Of a stretch of DNA of 64,000 nucleotides, positions 16,102-31,000 are shown in pieces (position 1 is the stretch's first letter; every line of letters begins with the position of its first letter). The DNA is taken from NCBI RefSeq assembly GCF_009914755.1, contig NC_060926.1, one strand, 5' to 3'. The notes beneath the pieces are model-generated. The model saw only the letters and a program-made list of their open reading frames with translations, searched no databases and was not told the DNA's origin. The stretch comes from the human T2T-CHM13v2.0 reference genome, Homo sapiens. A program made the translations under genes and the position numbers.

Positions 16102-16228
16102 CAGCTAATTTTTTGTATTTTAGTAGAGAAGGGGTTTTACCACGTTGGCCAGGATGGTCTCGATCTCCTGACCTCATGATCCACGCACCTCAGCCTCCCA
16201 AAGTGATGGGATTAGAGGCATGAGCCAC
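16102..16228 (-). mobile_element. Alu fragment (left arm, AluS)
   Basis: cagctaattttttgtatttttagtagaga...gccaggatggtctcgatctcctgacctcatgatcc...gcatgagccac. Confidence 0.9.
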
Positions 16229-17264
16229 AAAGTGCTCAAAAAATCTATTAATTAAAAAATGTATATGTAGCCGTCTTTAATCTACCATGTCCATTAGCAG
16301 ATAAATACTATAAGCAAAATAACAACAATGAAAGAAACATAGACTTAGAGTAGATACTCTGATTTATTTAATAAAAATTTGAAAATAGACCAAATTACTC
16401 TGATAAAAAAAATCTGTTGCTATTGAGGATGAGGGTTAGTGTTTGGAAAGGGGCAGGAGAAGTATCACTATTTTTAGTAATATTCTATTTTCATACATGG
16501 TTATAAGCAAATACATGTGTTTCATTAATGAAGCTATCCATATTTAATCATTGTACTTTTCTGCATGTATGATATGTCAATAAATGTCTTAAATTATATA
16601 CAGCAAAAATAGACAAAACCACAAGAAGACATACACAAATGTTAAACCTAGAGAGAAATTTGAATATAAGTAAGTCTCCGAATGACTAGTAGAACAAACC
16701 GAAAAATAGGATGGAGACGTTTGGAACAGCATGACTAGCAAAATTGACATATCTGTCTTTTAATATAGGCAGAAACATAGATAAAAAAAGGACTTGTCTC
16801 GGAGCATGATTTCTGAAAATAGTGGAATCGAGTTTGAATCTAGTAAGTACATATAAATAAATGTCTTAAAACTCCTCTTATGTTAGCTAATTAAGAAACA
16901 TTATTGTAATAGACATTAGAAAATATTTTAATAAATTGAGTGGATTTCACACGCTAAGGAAATGATCTTACTTGCATTTGATAGTTCAATTAGATAGATA
17001 TATACCTATAGGTAGTTTAAAATATTTGTAATAACCTTATATACTTTTAAAAAGCATTGATATCTGTTGGCACTATCTGGTCTATAGAGTACACATACCA
17101 AACATGATTATAGCTCTTCTGCTATAAACTTCAAATATCTAATTAATACAAAAATCTAGAATGAGACGAGTTCTTTGCAATTTTTTTTTTTTTTACCAAA
17201 TAGAATATAGGAAAGATAGCTGCAAATATACCTGACACACTTATCTGTGAGTATGGTGGTAGCC

Positions 17265-17556
17265 TTTTTATTTTATTTTGAGAGAGGGTCTCACTTTGTC
17301 ACCCAAGATGGAGTGCAGTCATGTGATCAGAGCTCACTGAAGCCTTCACATACTGTGCTCAAGCGATTCTCCCACCTCAGTCTCCTGAGTAGCAGGGACT
17401 GCAAGTGCATGACACCATACTAGCTAATTTTTGTAAAGATGGGGTTTCACCATGTTGCCCTGGCTGATCTCCAACTCCTGGACTCAAGAGATCTGGCCAC
17501 CTTGGCCTCCCAAAGTGCTGGGATTATAGTTTTGAGGCACCGCGATCAGCCCAGCC
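17265..17556 (-). mobile_element. Alu SINE (AluJ-like)
   Basis: T-rich tail, gagagagggtctcactttgtcacccaag...ctcaagcgattctcccacctcag...ctcccaaagtgctgggatta. Confidence 0.92.
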
Positions 17557-19320
17557 TTAAAAAAGGCTGACTAGAGATCTTTATCTATGTATATCTATAT
17601 CTATCTATAAAATAAACATATGTGTTACTTATATAAAAATATATATTATTAATATTATATAAAAATTTTTTTCAAGGTAGAAATATATAAAGAGGGTGCA
17701 TGTAGAGCCTGGGGCATTGTGTAGTGAAGCTCAAGACCTCTGAAGAAATGCCCCTTGCCTCTTTTGTCTGGGCTAGAATCCGAGAAGGGAAAGCAGCAGA
17801 TGCACTGGTTCCCAGGTTCTTGGCATCCTACAGAAAGAAACTTGTTTGAGCTAGGGTAGCGTTAAACACCCTTGTTCTTACTCTCCTGTTTTATGTAGTG
17901 AGCAGAGACTAGCTTCATGAGAACAGACTGTGACAGTCAAGGCTGCCTGTTATTTTGTGCAGCATTAATTGAGAAATTCTAGCACCTGAAGACCTCTGGG
18001 CCATTTGAGGGTAGGTGCAGGGGAGGAAAGGGAAGTTTGCATCCCTCCTGCTGTGGAGAGAACCCGTGGGAAGCACAGACCTTGTCCTAACTGAAGGCAG
18101 ACCCCCTTGCTAACCAGCTTCTCATCAGCCAACCCTGGATGAGTTTCCATGTCTATTTACTAAATAATCCTTATTGCTTTTCTTCATATGGGCAAAGTAT
18201 GGTTTACAGGGAATATTGTTCCTTTGAACACCCATTGTGGAAACCCCTTCCTGTTGTGGGAAAACAGGCTTCCATATGTGTCTTATTGGGAAACACATAG
18301 GCAATTTCTATGTTTTTACTGCATCTATTTCAGGGATATGAGAACTGAATAGTGACCATCAAAGTCTCACCTGATGTTGGAAATTGATCTGAGAGCGCGG
18401 AAGGACAGAATTCTTTCTTTGTTCCTGGGCAGCGGTGGTTGAGGGATCATTTTGTGGCAGCTACAGTGGCAATGATGGAGGCAGAATGGAGTGCTCAGTA
18501 CGAAGACAAGGAGAGACTTGGCCTCACAATGGCAGCATTGCAGGGGTGCGCTCTACAGAGCATTTGCTCACATGGTTTTGAACATTGTCTCTAACTACAT
18601 TGCTTCCCCAGTAGGTTGACCCATTCTAACTAACTCCTTTTCTCTTTAAAAAAGCAAACTTCATTTGTATGACTTGCAACTGTAAATGACACCAATTGGC
18701 CAGTTATCATTCAAATTCTCTGTTACTTAATCCTGCCTTTTCCTAACGTATGCAACTTTCCCCTAAAAAACTGGACACTTTGTTGCTTACTCATTGTCTT
18801 TACACATTTTAAAATGTTGCTTTATGCCCCCAATCCCTAACTACATTTTCAATGTTTTGCAAGTGGAGTCCATGTGTTCTTGATTTACATGAAGCTCAAA
18901 ATAATGGTTATAGTAACTAGTACTTCATAATTAAGCAAAAAGCTCTTATTGAAAAATGACAGAACTATACATAGGGATGACAACATGGAGAGATATTTCG
19001 TGAGATCACAAATTTATGGTATGGCAGAAGTAGAACGCTGAGTAGAGACTCTGTGTTCCCAATCATTATTTCTACCACCAGCTTTCTATTTGGATGTTAA
19101 TAATGTTCTTATGTGGACAACCCTACATATTTGCCAATGTTTAGTTCATTGACAAAGAAATATAAAGAGCTTCAAGAACACTCTAATCTTTAAAAAATAA
19201 AATATCTATAATTGGCCATATGAAAAAATTGGTACTTGACATATACTGAGATCGTTTTATTTTGTGCTAGACAAATGAAGTCATAGAACAGAATGTGCTT
19301 TAAATATTATGAATAGTGCT

Positions 19321-19323
<3 letters not shown>

Positions 19324-19351
<28 letters not shown>
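19324..19351. repeat. (GT)n microsatellite
   Basis: About 14 uninterrupted GT units. Confidence 0.95.
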
Positions 19352-21544
19352 CTATAGATGCATATTAGGCCGCTGAAAAGTTTTATTAGTCTTTCCAGGA
19401 GAGAGACTGCCAACTTTTGAACCTAACTAGAACAAGTATATTGCTTCTTCATATTTTTATTAAGGCAAAGAGAGTCTAGTTAAAAATAATTCAACTTATC
19501 GTGGAAATGCTATAAATTGCTGTGAAGTGAGTTGCTGGCTATGGCTTGTCAGAGCAAATATATTGTACAAATCTTAGGGGAGAATTAGTGCTTATGCATT
19601 CAAATCAAATCATCTTGCAGCACACTGAGAAAAAGGTTAGATTTTTAAGATAATTTCAAAGTCATGAAAAGAGCAAATATGCTCCACAAAGAGCCTAGCA
19701 ACCCTCAATGACCAATTCCCCTTTTATATAGTTTGGTATCTGAATTAGAATCCCAGAATCTACAAATTCCTCTGGGTGTGGGTGCTGCATTTTAAGGATT
19801 TTATAACACTGCCATCACCAAGCTCTCTTTTGATATTCACTTTAAGGAGATAATTTACGGGCAACCAGAGAGCATAAACCAAAGTAGATATCTATCTAGA
19901 TAGCTAGATACATCTCCATATCATTGACAGGATACATTCTGGCCGAGTGTGAGTACAACCTATGGATGTGGTTGGAGAGAACATGTGTTCCACCTCAATG
20001 GCAGATCAGGATTATTCCTTCTCATCTGCTGCAATGGCTCAATGTGTTAAGGAGAGGAGCGAGACAGCAAGAACCGCATTCATTCAGTCATACAGACCAA
20101 AAGGAGGAATGTCGCCCAGCCCTCTAAACTGACCCAGAACCCAGATCATGTCTCAACTGCTACCTCTCCTACTTAGAAAGAAGTAACTCCACCAAAGCAG
20201 GGTTCTGGACAAATATTTTTTTATTGATCATATACAAATAGATGAAGATGGACTTGGATGTTAAGAAAAATAATACTATACAAAATCGAGAGTAGACAGT
20301 TGCCCCTAGACTTAAATTAAAAGTGTGCACATTAGATAATTTAATCCAATGTATCAGGTAAAAACTTGAACAAACCTTTTGGCCTCTTCCTTAAAATTCA
20401 GGGAAGCATGTCCTCCACAAAACAGAATCAAAATATAAATAAAAGACTGCCTTAAGACGAAAGGAAACCTTACAGATGAAAAGAAGCCAGATGAGAGGCA
20501 CTTAACTAAGAATGAAAAGAAACTGAGTGGACAAAATAATTATGAGAAGATGAACCTTCAAATCAGAAAGAGGGAAAAAAGCTTATTTGATACTATGGGA
20601 ACTCAAAAGAGAGTGAACACAAATGTGAAAATTCCAAGAGTGAAGAAAAGTATCATAACTACATTTAGAGCATGAGAAAAAGTATACAATTTTGAGTAAT
20701 AAGAACAGAAATCAAAAGTAACTATTGTATGCTGTATTTTAGTAGAGCAACACTGAAGAAGAAAGAAAACAAGAAATAATATTAAATATGAACATATGGA
20801 GAACAGAATAATATTTTTAAAATTTTTAGTTTCTAAGCTTATCTGAAATTTTAATTTTCTTTTCTTATGTAATACCAGAGTTATTAGGAAGGTATTATCT
20901 AATAACACTATTTTCAGTGATATTTTAAGTAGTTGTCCTAGAAAAATTTCTATTTTTTAAAAATGTATATTTAAAAATACATTAAATGTGTATATACATC
21001 AATCATATGTATCGATTTCTGTTTTTCTTGAATTGCAAATGAAATTTGTATTTTTGTGTTCCTGGAATAAAATAAACTCGAATGGGTCGTAATATATTAT
21101 TCATGCTGTAATTCAACGTATTTGAATACTTTAAGAATGTTACATTTATAGTTAACAGATACTGACCTATAAATTTTCTGTCATATAATGATGCTGTGAG
21201 ACAATCTGAGAAGAATTAAAATTTAAATTCATGTATTCCTACTTTTTTCTCTGTTCTCTAACTGTAAAATATTTTCATTACAGATGGAGGAACAAATAGA
21301 TGTTAGATAAATAGATATATAATAGATCATCCAAAATTCTTATTCTTATGGTTTTATGTAGTCAGTATTTACCTCTATTTTTCTACATGTTTATCCTTCC
21401 AATTTAGTTCATTACTTCCTGCACCTTTGATGTCATATACATAAACAGGAAATAACACATGGTGGCTGGGATGTAGAGAGAGCCACAGGACTTGTGAATG
21501 AAATCCACAGGCAAGGATGTGGCGATTCCTTTTGCAATATTGGA

Positions 21545-22179
21545 GGGAATGCCAAACCCTATGTTTGCTGTGGAAAAGAGTATGGTAGTTCCTCAAAACA
21601 TCAAAATGGTATTGCCTTATGATTCAGCAGACCCACATCCCAAGACAGCAAAAGAATTGAAAGCAGAGTCTTGAAAAAATATTTGCACATCCATGTTTGC
21701 AGCAGCATTATTGGCAATAGCTAAAACGTAGAAGCAATTGAACTGTCCAACAACAGATGAATGGATGAGCAAAACATGATATATACATACAATGGAAAAT
21801 TATTCAGCCTTAAACGAGGGAAATATTCTGACATATGTTGCAACTTGGATGAAACTTGAGGATATTATGCCAAGTGAAATAAGTTAGTCAGTGAAGGACA
21901 AATACAGTATAATTCCATATGTATAAGGGACTTGAAGTGGACAGAATCATAGAGATAGTACAATGATGGTTGCCAGAAGCTGGGGGGAGGAAGAAATGGG
22001 GAAGTATTGTTTAATGGGTATAGTTTCAGTTTTACAAGATGAAACGAATTATGGAGATGGATGGTAGGGATGGCTGCACAATGTTATGACTATATTTAGT
22101 ACCACTGAACTGTACACTTAAAATGTTTAACAGAGTACATTTTATGTTTTATGTATCTTACCACAATAAAAAAATAAAA
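21545..22179 (+). mobile_element. L1MB-type 3' end
   Basis: Degenerate ORF2 C-terminus and 3'UTR (cagatgaatggat, aacttgaggatattatgccaagtgaaataag, tggttgccag, ccactgaactgtacacttaaaatg) ending in an A-rich tail. Confidence 0.85.
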
Positions 22180-24221
22180 TACCTTAGGAACATTTTCCTG
22201 AAAGAGTCCACATAAAATTCATTTTAATGCATGTGTTTATGCATAGCTTTCTATTTTTCTCTTTTCTCTTTACATTCCAAATTAGAATATAATGCTAATC
22301 AAGTATAGTGGCTGCGTTTCTTTCTTCCTCTAGTCTGCAGGTAGCATACAAATGTAATAAAGTACTCATTCATGTCACATCTATTTATTTTCTGCCTTAT
22401 ACCAAGCTTGTGGGATTCTCTTAAATACAACATTTTTATACTTACACCTATGCAATACCCATTAGCATCGCCTTCCTAAATCAGGGGAAATTGAGTCTCT
22501 GTAAGGTGCAGTAACTTACTAAGATACAAAACTCAGCATTAAAGTCTGTATACTTCAATATCCTGCCCTCTTCTCATTTGTCTTTACTGCCTTTTATGTA
22601 TGTGTTAGATGTTCAATAAATTCTCTTTTTTAAACTGAATTTAAGCCGTGGAGCAGTGTTTTGTTGAACAATAAATATGATATTGGACACTCTTCCTCCC
22701 TTTCATTTATGATGCAGTTCATGAAAAAGAGAAATTCTTTCACTGTGGTAGAAGCTTAAAATAATGAAAATGCCACTTTCTACATTAAACAGAAACTGAA
22801 GGGAATCAAGGTGAATTGCATGAGACATAGAAAACAAGTGGGAAATAAATCTAGTATAATTTCCCCTTTGTGTACCTTTGTTATTTAACATTTGAGAAAA
22901 TGTTTCCCCCAAATATCTTCCCATCTTAATTCATGTCTATAAAGTAGACATTTATGTCTCACCTTGTCAAGAAGGGCAAACTCTAACAAACATTTCCCAA
23001 AAATTCTTCCTGCTAAAACGTAAGCTCAGTCTGGCTAGAAATTAAGCTCACTTCATAAAAATTAGTTGGTAGCTAATCTTTGCACACTGTTCTCTGAACC
23101 TGAGAGAAAGCTGTCCATCAGGCATACAAGGAATGACGGAAAAGATGACAACAGAAGATGAATGCTATGTCACTAACCTTCAAAGATGACCTGCCTTTTC
23201 TTTCAAATTCTTGATATCTTAAGACTTCATTAATTCATCTTTCTTTGCCCTTGGTTCAACATTGTGCTATACCAAAACTCATGTAAAACAATGATCTATT
23301 GTAATAAAAATGGCATTTTTCTTTCATGTAGATGCAAGCTCTCTGGCATTTTTACAATCAAAATAGTTCCGTTGTCAATTTTTCATTCTGTATTGGAAGT
23401 AATTGGTAGGTATTTCTGAAGGGATGAAGGTGTTTCTGTGTTCATTGTGATCCAAACTTTTTTTAGACCTAGTGGTGTTTGTAAAACAATTTGTGCCAGC
23501 TGACCAAGGACCACTGTGGCAGAAAGCAGCAAACTTGCATAAGATGTCACTGCCTCATCAGTTGGCTTTGAAAACTAGGGGCTATCAAAGACATTGATAG
23601 ATGTAGTATAAGATTACAATCATATTTTCCTTTTGACAGTCACATTATAAAGCATGATGTATTGCAATTAATCTCAATTAGCTGATGACAATTAAAATTA
23701 ATAGTTTATTATTGCTGATAAACAATCATGACTCTCCTCTTCTCAAATGTGCAAGTAATTCTTGTAATTTTAATACAAATTTGCATATTACTAATTGATT
23801 TAATCTCATTGTATTTGGTTCATGGATCCAATTTATTAAAATATTGATAATGGGGTAATGATTTATCTCCCCATTTCATTTACACTAAAAGACACAATTC
23901 GTACAATGGTCTGCAAGCCCATCATGATCTGCCGCATGTTAACCGCCAAAATTCTTTTATGTCTTCACCCTTGTTCTTACCAGTGGTCCTGTCCACCTCA
24001 CTGTCCTCTGGACATGCCAACATGCTGCTGTCTTATGACCAAGACTCTAGTTAATTTCTTGGCTTTGAAAGATAGCCCTCCATATATCCATTGATCAGCT
24101 CATTCAACTTCCTCAAGTCTTTACTGAAACCTCACATTCTCGATGAGACCTATTCAGTATTTCAAACTGCCTCCCAGCTGAAACATTCCAAAACCCCTTA
24201 GTCTTCTGTGTATTTTTGAAA

Positions 24222-26760
24222 GGATTTATTGAGATATAATTTACATACTGTACAGTGCACACATTAATGTCTACAAGTCAATGGCTTTTAGTATATGCAC
24301 AGATAAGTGGAGCCATCATCACAATGAATTTTAGAGCATTTTCATCACTTCAAAAAGAAACCCCACCTTCTCTAGCTGTTAACCTCTTATGCACTCATCC
24401 CCTACTCAATCCTAAGCAACCACAAATCTGTTTTCTGTCTCTGTAGATTTTCCTATTCTATTTTCATCTAAATAGAATCATACAATAGGTGGCCTTTTGT
24501 GCCTGGCTTCTTTCAGTTGGCATAATGCTATCAAGGTTCATATGCGTATTGGTACTTTATTTCTTTTTATAACTGTATAACATTCAATTTCATGGATATA
24601 ACATTTTGTTTATCCAATAATATTTTTATTGACATTTGAGTTGTGTTCAGCCTTTGGCTATTTTAAATACTGTTGCTAAAAATACTCGTGTACAATTTGT
24701 GTTTGAACACCTCTTTCCAATACTCTGGGTGTATACCTGGGAATAAATTTCTGGGTCATATGACAATTCTATGTTTAATATATTTAGAAGCCATCAACCT
24801 ATTTTCCAAAGTGGCCAGTTCAAGCCATAGAGTATCTAACTGTGGTTTTGATTTGTAGTTGCTTGATGAGTGATGCTGTTGAGTATCTTTTTATGGGATT
24901 ATTGACCGTTCGTATATCTTCTTGGGATACACATCTATTCCTATCATTTATCAGTTTTGAGTTGGGATTTTTGTTACTGAGTTAAAACAATTTTTCTATA
25001 TTCAAGATACATATATATGCAGACATATAGATATGTGTTTTTCAAATATTTTCTCACAATTTTTGAGCTGCCTTTTGACTTGCTTGGTTGTCCTTTGAAA
25101 CACAAATGTCTTTAATTTTTAAGAAATTTTAAATATCTAATTTTTATTTTGTTGCTCATGTTTTTGGTGTTACAGCTATTTCTTTGCTAGATCCAAAATC
25201 CTGAAGATTTTCCCATATGCTTTATTCTAGCTGTTGCATGTATGTCTTTAATTCATTTGAGTTAATATTTTTGTATGCTTTGGGGTAAGTGTTCCAATTT
25301 ATTATTTTGCAAGTGGCGATCCAAGTGTACGATGTTGACCCAGTTTCTTCAAAGACTGTCTCTTCCTCATTGAATTGCACATGGCATCACTGTAAGAATC
25401 CATTGACTATAGATACATAGTTTTATATATGGACTCTCAATTCTCTTCCATCAATCTATATATTTTTCCTTCATCAGTATTGTGTTGTCTTGATTACTGA
25501 TGCTTTCCCGTAAGGTTTGGAGCATGGGGGTGTGAATTATCCTAATATGTTTTCTTTTTTCAAGACTATTTTAGCTATTTTGAGTCCCTTACAATCCCAT
25601 GTGTATTTTAGAATTAGCTTGTCAGTTTCTAGACAGAAGTCTATTGGGATACTTGCAGGGATTACGTCATATCTGTAGTTCAACTTGTAAAGTACTACAA
25701 TATTAAATCTTCCAATTCATGGGTGTAAGATGTTTGCTAATTATTTAGATCTTCTTTAAACAATAATTTTTAATTTTCAGAGTAAAATCTTGTATCACAT
25801 TTTCCAAATTAATTATTATTTCTTTTTTTGATGCTATTGAAATTGAAGTGTTTTCTTAATTTCATTTTGGGGTTTTCATTGTAGATGTGTGCAATTGATT
25901 TTTGTATATTTATCTTGTATGCAGTAATATTGCTGAAATAATTTACTAGTTCTGTCATTCAGTGGATTCCTTAAAATTTTCTATATACAAGAATGTTATT
26001 TGCAAATAAAGTTTTTTCTTCCTGTTCAGTATGGGTGACTCTTATTTCTTTACTTGCCCATTTGCCCTGCATAAAATCTTCAGTACAGCGTTGACTAGAA
26101 GAGGTCAAAATATGTATCTTATTCTTATCTCTGACCATAGCGGGAAAGTATCCTTTCTTTCACCACTAAGTTGAATATTTGCTCTTGGCTTTTCACAGGT
26201 GCCATGTATCTGGTGTAGAAAGTTCTCTATTCCTGGTTCATTGAGTTTTTATTTTTATTTTTAATCATTAAAGCATTTGGATTTTGTTAAATGTCTTTTC
26301 TGAATCTATCGACATGATCATGCAATTCTTGTTTCTTATTCTATGGATAAGATGTATTACCTTAATGGATTTTGGGGTGTTAAACCAACCTGAGATTACT
26401 AGTATAAATTTCACTTTGTCATAGTGTATAATTCTTTTATATGTTGCTAGATCTGATTTGTTAGTAGTTTTTAAGGAATTTTGCATTTATACTTATAGTA
26501 GTTTTATTTTTCTATGCTATTTGGACTAATTTTTGTATCAAGGTAACACTGGCCCCACAGAATAAATTGGGAAGTGAATATTTCTCTTTTAAAAAAAAGT
26601 CAGTCAAGAATTAATATCAATTAGTCAATACTAACAAATATGATTAATATTATACATTATTAATTTCTCTAATTTTTATTTTCTTCCTTCTGCTTGCTTT
26701 AGGTTTAGTTTGCTATTCTTTCCAGTGCCTTAATGTGGAAGGTTATCTTATCTCATCCTT
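24222..26760 (-). mobile_element. Old L1M (L1MB-like) 3'UTR plus degenerate ORF2
   Basis: Antisense 3' end tttattgagatataatttacatac; ORF 26268-26486 (KRIIHYDKVKFILVISGWFN...KSIKVIHLIHRIRNKNCMIMSIDSEKTFNKIQ) is L1 RT-like. Confidence 0.85.
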
Positions 26761-26794
26761 TCATTTGTCTTTTCATTTTCGAAATAGTGTCTTT

Positions 26795-27100
26795 TTAGCA
26801 TCAGGTGAGCTCCCCAGGTTGGTAGTACTCCATGTTTATTGCTGTACAACAATGACAGGTAATATGTCCTGAAGACAATGGAAACTTAACATTCAAAATC
26901 CTCCTAGATTCCAACTTATGTGATATGTCTCTTCCTTTGATTGGTCCTAATTTCTACCCTTTCTCTATTATAAACCATGAGTACAATGGCATTCAATGAG
27001 TTCTGTGAGTCTTTTTAGTAAATTCTTGAAACTGAAGGTGTTCTGGGGAAACCCCTGAACTGGCAGTTGGTGACAAAAGTGCGAATCATCTTATATGGAC
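26795..27100. mobile_element. LTR fragment (MER21-like)
   Basis: gtgagctccccaggttggt...ataaaccatgagtacaa...tgagttctgtgagtc...aaacccctgaac resembles the MER21 family. Confidence 0.6.
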
Positions 27101-27704
27101 TCTTCCTTTGAACTTTGCAGCTGGACCCAAACTCTGCACAATTTGGGCCAGAAGTCTCATGTTGACTTTGCAGCCTAATTATCTTGTAGTTTGTCTAACC
27201 CTCAATAAATTTGCTTTCATCAAATATTGTATTTATTATCCCAAAATTACCATCATGTTTTTTTCTCCAAATAACTAACATTGGGAGAAATAGCCAGCTG
27301 AATCTGTAACTCAACAGAAACAAGTGATCCATCTACCATATAAGTGGCCATTTCATTTTGCCTCCTTCCACCAAATCTTAGCAACCTCAACCATTGCCAT
27401 GAGCCCCTGTAGGCCTACCGTCTACAAACAAACCAGTATCTTTTAAAAACACTTCACACTCCCATTTGATAAATTTCCCAGCAAAGAGATGCTTACTTTA
27501 ACTCTATGCAAGTGGCTCATATTCGCAAAGTCTGGAGACATTATTCATGTAGTGTGAGAAAATCATCCCAGTGATGCCAGCACATTCTCTTTCCCGTGAT
27601 CTGCTTAGTTTGCAAACATATTCAGGCTGTAGGTGAGAGATTTGTATTTCACAGTACAACAATTTTATGGAGGTCATTGAAACTTAGATTTAGCAATTTT
27701 AGCA

Positions 27705-28045
27705 CAGTCACGCATCACTCAATGACAGGGATATGTTCTATCAGATGCATCCATAGGCAGTTTCATCATTTTGCAAACATCACAGAGAATATTACAAACA
27801 CCTAGTTTGTACAGCCTACCACGTTTAGGTTATATGGTATAACCTCTCTCTCTTAGGCTACAAACCTGTGTATACATTACTATACTGAATACTGCAGGCA
27901 ATAAGAACACAGTGGTAAGAGTTTATGTATCTAAACATACTTAAACATAGAAAAGTGTGTAAAAATATGTATTATAATCTCATGGGACCAATTTTGTATA
28001 TGTAATCCATCTTTGACTGAAATGTGATTATACATGACATGACTC
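27705..28045 (-). mobile_element. Tigger3a-like non-autonomous TcMar DNA transposon
   Basis: Termini cagtcacgc / catgactc; interior ggctacaaacctgt...tactgaatactgcaggcaat...tattataatctcatgggacca; ~340 bp. Confidence 0.8.
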
Positions 28046-31000
28046 TATGACAAAAATAATACATTTTTAAAAATGTACACATGTATCAAACATATTATTA
28101 TAAAAATAAAAATATTTATTCAGTGTAAGAATTTGTAATGATCACAAAATATTCACAGCTTATATTTAAGTACAGTTTCAAATGCCTAGTGCAATTACCG
28201 TTTATTTCTTTGTGTATTTTAACCATGTATATAATAAATATTTTTCAGGTTCAACAATATATATCAATCCTACAGGCTCTTATAAATATTAGCTAAAATG
28301 AATTAGTAAATTCATGCATATATATGCATACCTGTATCAGTGAGCGTGTGTGCATGTATGTTTGTGTAAGTGTAATTGTATCTGTGTGTAAATGTAATTG
28401 GATGCATCCTTATATTTACCCTTACCTACAAGATTTCCAAGATTCATTTATGATCTTTAGATGATGGGCATTTAAAGATTTACTAAATACAACTGTAATA
28501 GTGGAAAATATCAAGATGTTATTAAATTCATCTTGTGCACATAATTGTTTCTATAAATTTATGTTTCTTGCAAAACTTGCAGTAATGCTCATGCACAAAA
28601 TATTTTCTAAATAAAAAATAAAAACGTTTTCTCAGTCATTAATTATTAAAATTATTTCTCCCCAATAATTAATGTGAATTAATTCTTAATTCTTAATTAT
28701 AGAATAATGTTGCCCTTCAGAGTTCGGAAACTTTTACATGTTGTACACATTTGACTAACCAGAACAACTTCCGAAATATTGGCATTAATTAATGTCACTC
28801 AGCAATTATTGATTTCAAAGGCATAAAATACCGTTCATATTCTGAATCACAAGGGTACTTTGGCATCTTATTTAATCAAGCTCTTTGTATCATCATCTAC
28901 ACTTTAATTACTTAACAAACATTTCTCTGTGTGAGAAAGATTGAGCAGTTTATTGTGCTTTTTTAAGATGCAACTTTTGCTTAATCTAGAGACAGGCAAT
29001 GCTCCCTATAAGGGACAAGGAGAAAAATAAATGAGCAATAGAGATGTGACAGGCATGGAAAAAGACACTACATTTATCAAACAAATAAGGCCACGGATGA
29101 CGATAATGGGGATCAAATCTTGAGATACTGACTCAGTTTATAACCGCACTGTATAATACAGCAAATCATTTGTTAACTTTTTTACAAATGGAATTTAATT
29201 TAATTAAGATGAATACAGTGTTTTAAACAAGGCAGGTCATCTTAAAATAAAATAGTGGAATAAAGTGATAAAACCAATGTAAAAATCGTAAACATTTTAT
29301 AAAGAATTTTTGTCATGTAGTTTAATATTTTTGTTCATTTAAAATCACCCAAGTCAAAATAATTTTATCTTAATTAACAAATAATCATCAGAAGTTTAAC
29401 TAATTTTTACTTTATAATACTACGTTTAAAAATTCTTAACTATATTTTTAATCACATATGCTTATATATAAAATAGACATAGGATATATATTTACATGTT
29501 CACAATATTATATTGTAATTGCTCCTATGGATGTGGTTTTTCAATAGAATTAATAAGCATTTTTAAAAAGTTTCAATTTCAATGATGTATATGATTGATT
29601 TTTCTTAGACAAAGCATACATATATTGATAGGTAATAATATGAAAATCTTCTAAAGGCATTACAGGAACACGAAAATGTAATTAAATACTCACTAATTTG
29701 TAATGTTTTATGTAAGTGGAACACATTTAACTGAAAATTGCTTTTATATAATACTCAAACGAGACTAAAAACTTTTTAACCAGCGGAGTAAGTCTTCAAA
29801 TTGATAATCTGAACTATATAAGAGGAGAAACTTCAGGCACTCAAATATTTGAAATGCTACAAAATATTTATATAAACTATTATTTCACAATTTCTGTTTG
29901 TAGAGTGCTATACAGTACTCAACATAAATGACATCTCAAGTCTTTCTATAGCTTTGACCACATTTACCTCCTAATTTTAATTATTAATATGTTGGAGTAG
30001 TGCATACAACTAGATTCCGATCTTCCTTTTTAATGAGTAAAAATATGTCCTTTGAGACAGCATTAAAGAAAGAGCACCTTGTATAAATTCAATGCCTAGA
30101 GACAAGATATTCTTGATTCTGGAGTCTTGTTCTTTTATACAGCAATGTAATTAATAAGAAGAAAAGCAGGACATAGATGTGGAGCCTATTTTAATAAAAA
30201 ATTGTCTACAGATTTTGATGATAAAATTTAAAAATCTACTATATTTAGTTAGTTACAAAAAACTAGGTTGTGGGAAAATATTTGGTCAATAAAACACCCC
30301 TACCAAGTGCTGACAAGAAAAAAAATTAGGTACCACCTTTCTTCTCTGCAGATGGCCTGAGATGGTTTAATTTGAAAGAATGCTTCCAAAGCTGAGGTGA
30401 CCCCTGAGAACAGCATAATCCACTGCTGTCTCCCACATTCAGTTTCTCAGTTTGTGCTCTTTTAATTTTGCAGGGAGGGAAGCCAGCCCTTTAAACCAAT
30501 CTTCAGCATGATGGCAGAGCCAAGGAATGCGGACAGGTGGCACGGTGTCTGACTTTGTTCCAGCAGCCACTTGGGCTTTCTCTGGATCTTCTCTGCCCTA
30601 GTGACAGCACCACTATTGAAAACATATCTTTGTGACATTCTCTATGCCAGGAACTCCCAACACATTTTCCTTGAAATTGATGAAATGAACAAAAATAAAC
30701 CAAGAGGTGTGCTGTTTGTTTCTGTTTCCTCCTTTCTGCAGCCCTTCTTGATCATCTAATATTTTTAAATACATTGTCGATCACCAAAAGGAGCATAAGG
30801 GGTATATTGATTTGTAGCAGATGTATTAATAGCTCAGCCCCTATTCCTTACCTATAGCTGCTGGGAAGAAAACCATTCTTAACACTCTACAAGGTCTCCT
30901 TTCCAGAATTTGCAGCTGTTTCTAGCTGAGGACTTTCTCTAGCAGCACGGGAGCTTGATACTGGGCATGAAGTGGGAAGAAAAGGTGAGGGTAACGAAGA